Shown: positions 52,386-64,000 of the stretch, one piece after another | How positions within the stretch are numbered: position 1 is the stretch's first letter | How the letters are laid out: each line of letters begins with the position of its first letter | Origin: Marsupella aquatica | Lineage: Eukaryota > Plantae > Marchantiophyta | Reading direction: 5' to 3' | NCBI GenBank assembly: GCA_973895155.1 | Contig: OZ316895.1 | Location: 24,185,538 to 24,249,537 of the forward strand | Length of the DNA: 64,000 bases | Made by a program: the position numbers and the translations under genes | The notes under the pieces: generated by a model | The model's database searches: none | Told to the model about the DNA's origin: nothing | What the model saw: only the letters and a program-made list of their open reading frames with translations

Positions 52386-53791
52386 CTAATTGGTAGAAAC
52401 TGGGAAGAAAACAAGACCAAGAAGCTGAATGAATCGTTGAAAACGAATTCCAGCCAGTGGTTTCGTCAAGCCGTCAGCAGGCATGTTGTCAGTCGACAAA
52501 TACTTGATCTGCACATGCCCTAAACGAACTTGCTCACGCACATAATGCCACTGAATCTGGATATGCTTGGTCCTAGCATGATGCTCTGGATTAATAGTCA
52601 AAGCAATTGCTGGCTTATTATCTCCCCAGATGACAACCGTAGAGACATTAGAAGAACAGAAATCAAGTTGCTGTAGCAGAGCGCAAAGCCAAATAGCTTC
52701 TTTACATGCAATAGAGTAGGCGACGTATTCAGCCTCAGTGCTGCTGGTTGTGATAATTGGCTGCTTGCGTGACTTCCAGCTGATAGCTCCACCAGCAAGC
52801 TTGAAAAGATAGCCAGAGGTAGATTTGTGATTAATAACATCACCGGCAAAAGAAGCATCACAATATCCTTGGAAATTTAAAGAATGGATCTCAATACCCT
52901 GGTATAGAGCAGAATGATACTTGAGACCCAGATGAATGGTGCCGCTGAGGTAAGCCAGAACATGTCGAGCAGAAGCCTGATGTTCAGGCATAGGGTTATG
53001 TGCAAATTGGCCAAGGCGTGCACATTGTTCAGCAACATCAGGCCGCGTCCACACTGCTAGATACATGAGGGAGCCAATCATAGCTTGATACAATTGTAAC
53101 TGATCTGGTGTCGCAGAGATTTCACTCGGAAGTAATTGATCAATTCCAATGGAAGGTGCAGTGAGAGCAACCGCAGCATTCATATGAAAACGAGTAAGAA
53201 CCTTTTGAGCATACTGATTTTGTGCAATATATAAAACTCCTGCACCCCAATCTCGATAAATTGCCAGCCCAAGATACTCAGTTAAGTCTCCAAGTGCACG
53301 AATCTCATATCGGGAAGACAACATGGAGTGCATAGCATTGACACCTTCAACGGTCGTGGAGATGGTAATAATGTCATCCACCCACAAGACAATGAGATCC
53401 CCCTTAGAATTTTTTAGAACACATGGATCTGAGAGTAACGGGAAAAAACCATGAGTAGCCAAAAACTCAGTAATTGCAATGTACCAGAGCCGAGGAGATT
53501 GCCGTAAACCGTATAAAGCAGATAGGAGTAACCAGATGAGGAGCTGACCATCGGCAGTATATGTCTCATATCCTGGTGGTGGTCGAATATAAATGGGTGG
53601 CTGGCCAGCCATCAGAGCATATAGAAATGCTGTAACAATATCGAAACTACGAGCTTCAAGATTGAAAATAGCAACAAGTGCCATAATGGTGCGAAAAGTC
53701 TCAGGCCTAACCACAGAGGCAAAAGTATCCCCGTAGTCTTCACCTGGTCGTTGCTTATCCCCGCGAGCCACAAAACGTGCTTTGTAGATGC
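52386..53791 (-). pseudogene. Outer copia RT-RNase H
   Basis: Motifs are IYKARFVARG, ALYGLRQSPRLW, LWVDDI, GYCDASFAGD and SSTEAEY. It rejoins KKTG|IYKARF across the nested element. Confidence 0.92.
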
Positions 53792-54050
53792 TGTTGAGCA
53801 TAGACGACGATCGCAACGGCAAGCCCATGAACCATCCAACGCACAATAGTCGACACAAGAGATACGTGGTTCACCTCCTTGAGGCTACGTCCACGGGAAC
53901 ACACAAGAGAGCTTTACTGAACTCTAAGCCCGTCGGCTATACCGAGTCTCCACAGTGTAAGCTCTCCCTATCTCTCAAGTGGCTCCATAACAATGAGCCT
54001 TGGTTCTACCTCTCCAAGCACACATGCCTCTTATGATATAGTGTGCAACT

Positions 54051-54224
54051 TAGTTGTACCTAACCACATAGTTGTACCTAATCACGTAGTTGTACCTAAC
54101 CACATAGTTGTACCTAATCACGTAGTTGTACCTAACCACATAGTTGTACCTAATCACATAGTTGTACCTAACCACGTAGTTGTACCAACCCACGTTGTTG
54201 TACCAACCACGTCATACCTAACCT
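54051..54224 (-). promoter_or_regulatory. LTR U3 enhancer-like array: 18-bp unit TAGTTGTACCTAA(C/T)CAC(A/G) x~9 (same array at 60162-60335)
   Basis: Lies upstream (on the - strand) of the TATA-like CTATATCATAAGAGG. Units contain ACCTAAC/ACCAACC and ACGT cores. Confidence 0.6.
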
Positions 54225-54439
54225 AGACGTAAGAGTAAATACCCAACAATCTTCCCCTTGACTCTGGTCTAGGGGAGAGTAATACTGCCAATGTATATGA
54301 TCCCTCAGCGGGAAGTTCTGGACAGAAACCAAACCGGTTTCCCTCTCTAACTAGAGCAAACCAGAACTAAGCCGTAGCCTAATACATAGGAATGAGGAAG
54401 AGCATATATCAGTAATTACAATGAATGTTTAAGAAAACT

Positions 54440-57400
54440 CTACTTGTGATGCAATTGCAAAACCTGCAATACGTCACGGTGTCTAGAGAAACTCTCCAAA
54501 GGAATCACTTTGGTAAATGCGTCAGCCGGGTTGAGTTTACCATCAATCTTGACTAGCTCAAACAAATTATCAGACACAGCCTGCCTGATAAAATGGTACC
54601 TGACGTCAATGTGCTTCACTCTGCTGTCCATCACCTGGTTCACAGCAAGGTGGAGCGCACTTTGACTATCATAATGGAGCTTCACATTCCCCTGTGGCAA
54701 TCCCATTTCAGTGATAAGTCTATCCAACCAAATCGCTTCCTTTGCTGCTTCCGCAGCTGCAACATACTCCGCTTCTGTAGTAGACTGAGCAATACACTTC
54801 TGCAAAGTAGACCTCCAACTTATGCATCCACCGCCAAGTGTGAACACGTATCCTGTTGTTGATCTCCTTCGGTCCAAATCTTGTCCATAGTTAGAATCTA
54901 CATAGCCAATCAATGATCTAGCATTCTTTGCATTCGCATCAAATAAAAGACCATGATCCACGGTACCCTTCAAGTACCTGATAATCCACTTCACTGCTTC
55001 CCAGTGTACCTTCCCTGGATTCGACATGTACCTGCTCACCTTGCCCATAGCCATGGCAAGATCAGGTCTAGTGCAAGTCATCAAATACATGAGACTCCCC
55101 ACTGCCTTGTCATATGGAACCTTTGACATCAACCCCTTCTCTGTGTCATCCGTAGGACAGAACGCTGATGATAACTTGAAGTGTGGAGCCAACGGGGTAC
55201 TTACTGGCTTGCTATTCTCCATGTTGAACCTTGCAATTACCTTCCTCGCATAACTGCTCTGCGTCAACCATAGCTTGCCAGCCTCCAAGTCCCTAGTGAT
55301 CTTCATACCCAAAATCCTCTTAGCTGGCCCTAAGTCCTTCATCTTAAACTCTGCACTAAGCAGTGCCTTGAGCTTAACAATCTCAGACCTATCCTTGGCT
55401 GCAATTAGCATGTCATCCACATAAAGTACTAAAACAATGAACCCAAAGACAACATTCTTCACTGGTTTCAAATACACACAAGGGTCAAATACACTTCTGT
55501 GAAAACCTTGTGACCGAATCCAATCGTCAAACCGCTTGTTCCACTGTCTTGGTGACTGCTTCAACCCATACAAGGATTTCAGCAATCTGCAAACCAATTC
55601 CTTCTGTCCTCTCTTCACAAAACCTAGCGGTTGTCTCATGAAGATCACCTCTTCCAATGTGCCATAGAGGAAAGCTGTGACAACATCCATCTGATCTAGG
55701 AGCAGACCAAACATTACAACAAGTACACACAATAGTCGTATTGTAGAGTACTTAGCAACTGGTGAGAAGACCTCATTGTAATCCACACCTTTCTCTTGTG
55801 TGAATCCCTTTGCTACCAATCTAGCCTTGTAGACCTTCGATCCACCTCCTATGGAATTATCCTTCAGCTTGTAAATCCACTTGCTGTCCACCACTTGCTG
55901 ACCCTTAGGCAGCTTAACAAGCTCCCAAGTTTTGTTGTCCTTTAGTGACTGCATCTCCGTTTGCATTGCTGCAGTCCACTTCTGCTTCTCTTTTGAAGCA
56001 CTTGCCTCATGAAATGAAGAAGGTTCTCCTTCTTCCAAAATTAACGCATCACCCTCATCATCAGCTGTAAAATCATCCTCTTGCAGTTGAGATGAATCAA
56101 CCCACTGTCCATACCTTGATGGAGCGCGTACAGTGCGACCAGATGTTCTTCTAGCCGATGACTCCGGTTGATCTGCGTGTGCTGGTACAATTTGAAGCTC
56201 AACAGCATCCACTTGTTGCTCACCAGCATCAACAAACTCCTCTGGTTCCTCTGGCACAGGAACCAGCTCCATAATTGGAGCAACTCCTTCTCTCCGGTCA
56301 TGCACCTCATAACCAATCTCCCCCTCAACGAGATCCGGGATAGGAGATTTTCCTTTGTCAGTACGGGAGACCTGAGTATTCTCCCCCTCCTTCAATAATC
56401 TGGATTCATTGAAGGAAACATCCCTACTGACAACGAGCTTACAGGCAATAGGATGCCATAGCCTATAGGCTTTCACACCACTCTGGTACCCAAGAAAAAC
56501 ACATTTCCTGGAGGTAGGATCCAACTTGGTCCTATTCTGCTTTGGTGTGAGAGCATATGCATCACTTCCAAAAATTACCAAGCCATGATAGTCTGCTTGC
56601 CGCTTATAGCGCATCTCAAACGGCGTTTTGAAATTGATAGCACTAGAAGGAGAAAGATTTACCAAATAAGCTGCGGTATTGACAGCTTCTGCCCAAAATT
56701 CTTGTGGTAAACCTGATTGGCTCAACATACTCCGTGACCGCTCCAACAGTGTCCGATTGAGCCTCTCAGCGACACCATTCTGCTGCGGAGTATAAACTGT
56801 GGTGAGATGGCGAGTTATCCCCTGTTCTGAACAGTACTCTTCAAATTCCATTGAAGTGTACTCCCCGCCGTTGTCTGACCTCAGACTCTTCACCCTTGTA
56901 TCCAAACACTTGATCGTGTTTCCAGTCTGATTCTCCACCTGGGCCTTCCACTTCTTAAAAATGGACAAGACATCAGACTTATGCGTCATGAAATAAATCC
57001 ACACAAATCTTGAGTAATCATCAATAAATGATACATAGTACAACTTTCCAGAGTGTGAGGGAGTCGGGGATGGACCCCACACGTCACTATGTATGTACTC
57101 AAGAACCGCTTTGGAACGATGAGTTCCAACACCAAAAGCACGACGACGCTGCTTTCCAAGAATACAATGCTCACAAAACTCTAATTTACAAGATTGCAAA
57201 TCAGAAATGAGTCCATTCTTCCGTAAGATAGCCAAACCCTTCTCACTCATGTGGCCTAGCCGTGAATGCCACAGTTGAGTCATCTCCTCGTGAGACTTGG
57301 TTACATTGGCCTCTCCACATACAGTATTGCCTTGTAACACATACAAATTCTTTTGTCTACTCCCCTTCAAAATCACTGTCTCTCCCGACCTGACTTGAAG

Positions 57401-58748
57401 TTCACCATCAATAACGCTCCATTGATGACCATTTGAATCCAACACACCAAGTGAAATCAAATTCTTACGCATGCCAGGTACATACCTGACTCCGGACACT
57501 GTGCGCACAGCGCCATCAAACATTTGAATCTTCACAGACCCAATTCCCTCAATTTGACAGGAGTGATCATTTCCCATCAGAACTGAACCGTTTGAAATAG
57601 AGTAAGAACTGAAAAAACTCACGAATGTAACAAATATGAAAAGAGCAAGCACAATCAAGAATCCACACATCATCTGCTCTCCTAGATGACATGCACAGGG
57701 CATACCCCCGGCTTCATAAAACATACTCATCATTGAGTAAATCAGCTTCTCCATCAGCCCTAGCCACATTTGCCGATGAAGTTTCCGCTGCCTTTCCCTT
57801 ACAGTCTCGCTTGAAGTGTCCAACTTGGTTGCACTTCCAACATGTCACTTGCCTCCTCTGAGGGGATTTACCCTTGGACTTAGATCTGGATTTAGATCTA
57901 AACTGGGTTCTACGGTCCCCAGTTGGTCGCTGCATACTCCTCCCACGGTTAACATTGAGGGCAGCACCAGATGATGAAGGCTGTGACGTGATGTGCATCT
58001 TCTGCTGAAGATCATCACTAAGCAGAGAACTTACCACGTCATTGTATGAAATGGTATCCCTATCACGATGCAACAACACTCGTGATAGGGACTGGTAAGA
58101 TGGAGGCAATGAACTAAGAAGCTGCAGAGCCTTCGTCTCATCATTCAAAGTCTCCCCAAGGTTTTCCAAGTCAACGACCATGTCGTTGAAAGCATCCACA
58201 TGGTCTTGCAACTTCGTACCAGATTCCTTCATCCTGAAACTCATCAGTTTGTAGGAAGTGTAGAGCCGGTTCGACAACTCCTTGCGGTGATACTTGCTCT
58301 GCAATTCCGCAAACAAGGACATGCAATCCTTATGTGCACCTAACTGCTTGATGATGGGAGGCATGAGATAGAGTGTAACACACCACACTCCCTGCTCCTG
58401 CATGCGGTCCCATTGTTTCTCATCAACATCGTCTTCACGAGGGCTCAGCAGTTGGCCCATCCCTGACGCATAAAGCACTCCCTTCACCTGCTTCTCCCAT
58501 AGCAAGTAGTCAGAGCGCCCATCATACTTTGTCACTTCATACTTGGGTCCCCCAAGCTTGAAAGTCCCCATCTTCTTCTTTACCGTGAGCTCCGGTAGTA
58601 GTACTGCTTCCTCCACCACACGCCGCACCGGTGATGGTATCGGTGTCACGTGCTCTTCCTCCTGCTCCTCTCTCTGCCCCTGAAACCTCCGCGGTGATCC
58701 TCGTGCTTCAAGTTCCACGTCTTCGAAAAACTCCTCCGAATCACTCAT
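54440..58748 (-). CDS. Inner copia gag (58748-57714) and pol; in-frame TGA after gag and a +1 shift in a T6 run in the protease
   Basis: Motifs are CWKCNQVGHFKRDC, WILDCACSFH, LRSDNGGEY, LYVDDML and STTEAEY. More than 1000 aa are open after 57611. Confidence 0.9.
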
Positions 58749-60359
58749 ATGAGAAAGTCACAAAAAATGTTGTTTTTCACAACTTCTCAAAAAACTCGAA
58801 ACTCAACATCGCCGCGTAGCCCACAAAGCTAGGAGTCCAATACTGAAAACCAAAATCAAAATCGAAATTTGACGGAAAAGTTATTCAAATTTCGGTCGAG
58901 GTGGGTAAAACCTTGGGAAACTCCCCCGTTTTGACCACCTCAGGGAATAACCGAAATACCAAGTACAACCCGTTGTCGGAATTGCGATGTGATTGGTGCG
59001 CTGCATTGCCAACTTCAATGGCTACGACCTCGCCGAAAAATAACCAAAAAAGTTACCGTTCGGCGGATGAAATCTTTGTCGGACGATCAAAAAATAGCTC
59101 TCTGGTTTTTTGGAATATTCTATGACCCTTGTACAGGCCCTGTGGGAATTTTGGAAGAACAATCGAGGGGCTGACATGTGTCCTCGAACCCCCAAAACCC
59201 CCTACCACCCTTCGTCGTCGAAATCTGGTCGCGCGCGCAGAAAATACACACGGCAGAATGTACCCCTCGACACCAAACGCAAGATATCTCACTCGGGTTT
59301 TGACGAAATCAAGATCCGATTTCAGATTTGGAAACTAGACTCCGAGGCGATGAAGATCGATATAAGAAGCACCCAAAACGAGGAAAGAACGAGAGAGAAA
59401 AAAATTGGTAAAGATGACAGATTTCTCTCAATTGCCATAGCCAATTTCGAATCAGTTTTTCAAAGAGAAAAAAATGGTACCTTGTCAACAACGAATGTTG
59501 ATCAATTGCACTTGGTGCCGTCACCAAGTCCAACAAGGTAATTGATTTTGCTTAGCCTTCCTCTTTGCATCAAAGAGCCAATCCCGGACTCAAAAACAAT
59601 CGTCTTGCCTCAATCTCTCCGTTGAGTCAAAACACTTGATGCTTCTCCCTCCGAGTCGATTGCCAACTTTCTTCACAAAATCCAGAATGACGAAAACTTA
59701 GATCTCTCTGCACCACGAGCTCCGTTCAACGATTTCTTCACACCGTTAGAAAGCTCTTGCCCTGATCTATCCGTTGAGCCCATAAACTCCAAGTTCCATG
59801 CGATGGAACTCTGGAAAATCCACCAACACTCAACGCTGGAAAAACCGTCATGAAATCCCGTCACGAACACACGTCACCTCCCAAGCATGCTCTGATACCA
59901 ATTGTTGAGCATAGACGACGATCGCAACGGCAAGCCCATGAACCATCCAACGCACAATAGTCGACACAAGAGATACGTGGTTCACCTCCTTGAGGCTACG
60001 TCCACGGGAACACACAAGAGAGCTTTACTGAACTCTAAGCCCGTCGGCTATACCGAGTCTCCACAGTGTAAGCTCTCCCTATCTCTCAAGTGGCTCCATA
60101 ACAATGAGCCTTGGTTCTACCTCTCCAAGCACACATGCCTCTTATGATATAGTGTGCAACTTAGTTGTACCTAACCACATAGTTGTACCTAATCACGTAG
60201 TTGTACCTAACCACATAGTTGTACCTAATCACGTAGTTGTACCTAACCACATAGTTGTACCTAATCACATAGTTGTACCTAACCACGTAGTTGTACCAAC
60301 CCACGTTGTTGTACCAACCACGTCATACCTAACCTAGACGTAAGAGTAAATACCCAACA

Positions 60360-63174
60360 GATGCCTGTCTTCTTTCGATTGTAAACCCATTTGGATGGAA
60401 GTAGGCGTGCACCAGGTGGTAACGGAATCAACCAAGCCACATTTAATTTTGCCAACTGATGAAGTTCCTTCTGCTCCGCTTCTTTCCAAGATGCAGCATC
60501 AGGCCCAGACATTGCCTCTTTGTGAGTTTTTGGTACATCCAAAAAAGAGGAGAAGAGCGCAGCCGAATAAGAGTAGAGCAGCGTTGATGGAATATGCGAG
60601 AGCAAAGAGGCAGAACAAAATCGAGGGGGGGGGAACACCCCTATTACTTCGAGTCGACCGACGAGGAGGAGGCGGCATGTCAGCTATTGCTGCGGTTACA
60701 TCTTCATGGAATTCTTCTGGCGAGATTGTGCCCAAAGGTGGTATCATAGTCGGAAAAAACTCAGCCGCATCAGGGGAAACCTGATTTGGAATCGTGTCAG
60801 GTGCCAATGAGAAAATAGGAGGTGCCTGACTATCAATGGCAAGAGCCGAAAGAGGAGCTATTAATGGAGCATTGATTGGAGCCGAAAAGATTGGTTGCTC
60901 AAAAGTGATCAAAGCAGGATCCGCCGTCATCGATTGTAATGGAGAAACTAAACGGGGTGTCTCATCAATGGAAACATAGGCAGATACTGCAATTTCATTT
61001 GTGTCGGGAAACCATGTGCGATAGTTAAGACCATCACCATATCCCACCAGAAATCCACGTCGTGCCCTGGATGAAAATTATCACCACGAAGTCGCCTCTC
61101 AGGAGGTATGTGCATATAAACAATTGCACCAAACACTCGCAAATGAGTGATATTAGAATTAAACGGCCGTTTGAACGCACGATTGAGAGTAGCAAGCGGA
61201 GATGCTGAGTCAGGATTGATTGTCGTAGGTAGCCGATTTGACATGTAGACTGCAGTCCGAACTACTTCTGGCCATAAATGAGATGGAAGATGAGAATCCA
61301 ACAACATAGCCCTGGCCCGCTCAATGATGACACCATTTTCCCGTTCAACAATTCCGTTTTGAGTGTGATGATATGGAGCCGAGTGTGAGATGCTGCATCC
61401 AAGATCTGCCAAGAATTGTTGTAACTCTGCGCTGCCAAACTCAGTGCCATTGTTGCAATGAATAGCCCCAATCTTGACAGAATAGTGAGCTTGTATTGCA
61501 ATACAGAACTTCTAAACAAGGGAAGAAACTTGACTCTTATGCTGAACACAATACACCCAGCGAGAGCGTGAGTAATCATCAGTGAGAAGCAGAAAAAAGC
61601 GCTGGTGATTGAGCCCGGGAGTGGAGATAGGACCAACAAGGTCAATGTGTATTTTTTGAAATGGAGCAGTCGCCCGAGTGTGTGATTCATGAGAGATAAC
61701 ACGAGAGGACTTGGCAAGGGCGCATGTTTCACACGGCGGTAGGACATTAGAGCCAGTGAGTGTAATGTTTTCTTGTTGGACAACCTTCTTGACACCGTCA
61801 GAATGCAAATGTGCAAAACGACGATGAAGGAGAGGAAAACTAACACTCTGTGCAAAGAAGTGATTGTCATCAGGAGTGGACGAGGGTGGAACTTTGACGC
61901 AAAGAACCTTAAGGCCATCGAACTTCTTGGCGCTAGCAAATTCTTGACCAGTTGCTCGGAAAACGAAACGAGACTCCCAGCCATGCCAATATACACCTTT
62001 CTACTCTAAAAGATGCTCGGAGATAGTATTTAATGCACTACTTGGCATGTGGCGTACATTATGTAGTCGTATTGGTCGGTAAGATTTATCAGTGCATTGC
62101 ACAGAAAGATCTAGATTGCCGTGCCCCGGTGAAATGATTTGTCCTGCCCCAGTATTGATGGACAATGGATCAGATTGATAATCCTGGAATAGACTCCGGT
62201 TGTTACAAAAATGATGATTCGCACCAGAGTCAACAATCCAAGTACCGGTATCCGCAAATGGAGTCTCCTCAGAATGTATGTGATGTAAAGATTGCACAAA
62301 ATTAAAAATATCAAGTGGAGGAGAATCAGGGCAGAGGACGGTTGGAAGAGTAGCCTGAACATTATTTGTCCCCTTGAGGCATTGTTGAATGCGTTGCATT
62401 GTAATTGTGTTGGGCTGCCATCCTGGTCGTCGAAGATGCTCGTACTTATAGTAACAGGTGTCCTCCTTGTGGCGAGGAAGTCGACAGTAAGGACAGAGTT
62501 CCTTAGGCAGCATGGACGAAGTTGGACGTGAGGTGCTAGTATTGACGTTCAGCTGTAAAGCCGGCTGCAATGGTGCCTGATCAGGATCATTATGATATTC
62601 ATCCCGTGCTTCTTGAAGAAGAAGATCAAGGGAAGGAGAATCCTTCGGGTTGCGTCGGATGTGCTCACGTACATTGGTTGTCCAATGATTGAAATGCTGA
62701 TCCAATGGTTTGAACAGCAGTATCAATGACAATGCCTGCAGCCGCACATCGATCAAGAGCATCCCGGTATTGAGTAGTAAATGTTTCCATGTCCTCCCCC
62801 CGATACTGCAATTTGACGTAAGCAACCCACGTATTGTGCTTCTGTATAAGCCCCTGAGGCTTGTAGATCTTCTTCAATTTATCCCAACATTCTTTTGCTG
62901 TAGGCACCAACGCGAGGGTCGCCTGAATGTGTGTCTTGCAAGTAGAAAGGATGATCATCCGAGCATGAGCGGCTTGAGCATTGTAAGTCTCAAGACGAGC
63001 CTGAAACTGATAGTTCTTTTCGTCAATCTCTTGAACAGGTGACACCGCTGTTCCATCAATGAACTTCCAGCCGCCTGATGATGCCAAACTAGCTGAGACA
63101 AGTAGCTGCCATTGCTCGTAATTGGGACCGCCATCTAATTTTGGTAACAAGTGAGTGGAGTCACGAAATGTCAT
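60360..63174 (-). pseudogene. Outer copia gag-protease-integrase-RT start (frameshifts and stops)
   Basis: Motifs are LPKLDGGPNYEQW, CPYCRLPRHKEDTC, WIVDSGANHH, KIHIDLVGP, QNGIVEREN and KWVYNRKKTG. Confidence 0.9.
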
Positions 63175-64000
63175 GACTGTAATTGTGATAGAGCATAACA
63201 CGAAGTAGACAAAAGTGTGTGCGTTTGTTCACAGAAGACTATAACAGACTATCGATCGATTGATCGATTGATTTAATACTGGCCCATAACTTGTGATCTG
63301 TAGCTTGGAGAACAAAACATAAGACACTTTGACACATTCGTAAATCATATGCAGTATCTATGGAAGAGTACAAACATTGAGCTCACATCCATTGATTGAT
63401 TCATTGTAAAAGACTGAATGCTCTATTCAGAGTCAGTCGCGCATACTCCTTAAGTGCAGGCACTCCTGCCCTTCAAACGAGTTTGAAAAGAGCCAGGCGC
63501 GCCATAGGAAGCTCGAACACGTGTTCGGCAACAGACTGCCTTACACCCGCGCCACTTTATGGTAAGGAGTAAAGAGGTAAGGAGTAAAGAGCTAAAACCA
63601 AGCCCTACGATAAGAACGAAAGTGAAAGTGGGAAGACGTCAAGACCAGAACACAGAAGGAAACACTTCACAAGCGAAACACTTCACAACCACTGCTTGTG
63701 ATAATGGTTACAATGATCCCATACTTAGCTTCCCGGGGTCTCTTGCAATGTCGAAGATTCCACCACTGCTTGTGATATGGTTTACAAGGATGGTCTTTAT
63801 ACTCTGTTTCGAGAGGTGTGATCCAGAAGAAGGAAAAAATGTGGAGTTGCCGTAGGCACTACGAGGACTCGTGAATCGTTCCTGTTGACATTCTTGAAAC
63901 ACAAAGTGCCTGAAATAGCCTTTGAATGTTAAATTTGGTGAGCTTTTGAATGCCAGGGCCGGGTTAGTTTTCCAACAATGGAAGCAGAGTCGTAGGGAAA

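Larger units (their letters stand above)
53792..60359 (-). mobile_element. Inner plant-type Ty1/copia, very recent insertion
   Basis: The 457-bp LTRs (53792-54248, 59903-60359) appear identical. The TSD is GATGC, the PBS is TGGTATCAGAGC (59889-59900) and the PPT is AAGGGGAAGAT. Confidence 0.97.
51982..63687 (-). mobile_element. Outer Ty1/copia LTR retrotransposon (half-tRNA-Met PBS, fungal-like polyprotein), interrupted by a second copia
   Basis: LTRs 51982-52363 and 63292-63687 are TG...CA and differ by ~10 substitutions plus 2 indels. The TSD is ACCAC (51977-81, 63688-92), the PBS AGTTATGGGCC is adjacent to the 5' LTR, and the PPT is GAGGGGTG. Confidence 0.95.

Noticed and set aside
57618-57823. 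N-terminus of the 1127-aa ORF as a real protein start
   Set aside because: It is the off-frame reading of the gag end and protease start; the true motifs lie in the gag frame.

Overview
Plant nuclear DNA, inferred from GT-AG introns, an organelle-targeted GatC and plant-type copia elements; it may come from an early-diverging land plant. The window has three host genes: a UMP/CMP-type kinase (- strand, 4052-6016), GatC (+, 13488-15011) and a 27-exon, ~1180-aa RND/sterol-sensing protein (+, 39014-49320) whose motifs and architecture match animal Patched better than plant NPC1. Mobile elements fill most of the rest: LINE relics, two inverted Helitron-like elements, MULE-like ends bracketing GatC, a pogo transposon whose transposase appears fused to a BRCT domain, a Ty1/copia split by a 2.1-kb AGT...ACT insertion, and a fungal-like half-tRNA-primed copia containing a very young plant-type copia. 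The strongest leads are the Patched-type gene, the pogo-BRCT fusion, the half-tRNA copia, the AGT...ACT element and a possibly transposon-carried GatC. All gene models and family assignments were made by eye; no searches were run.
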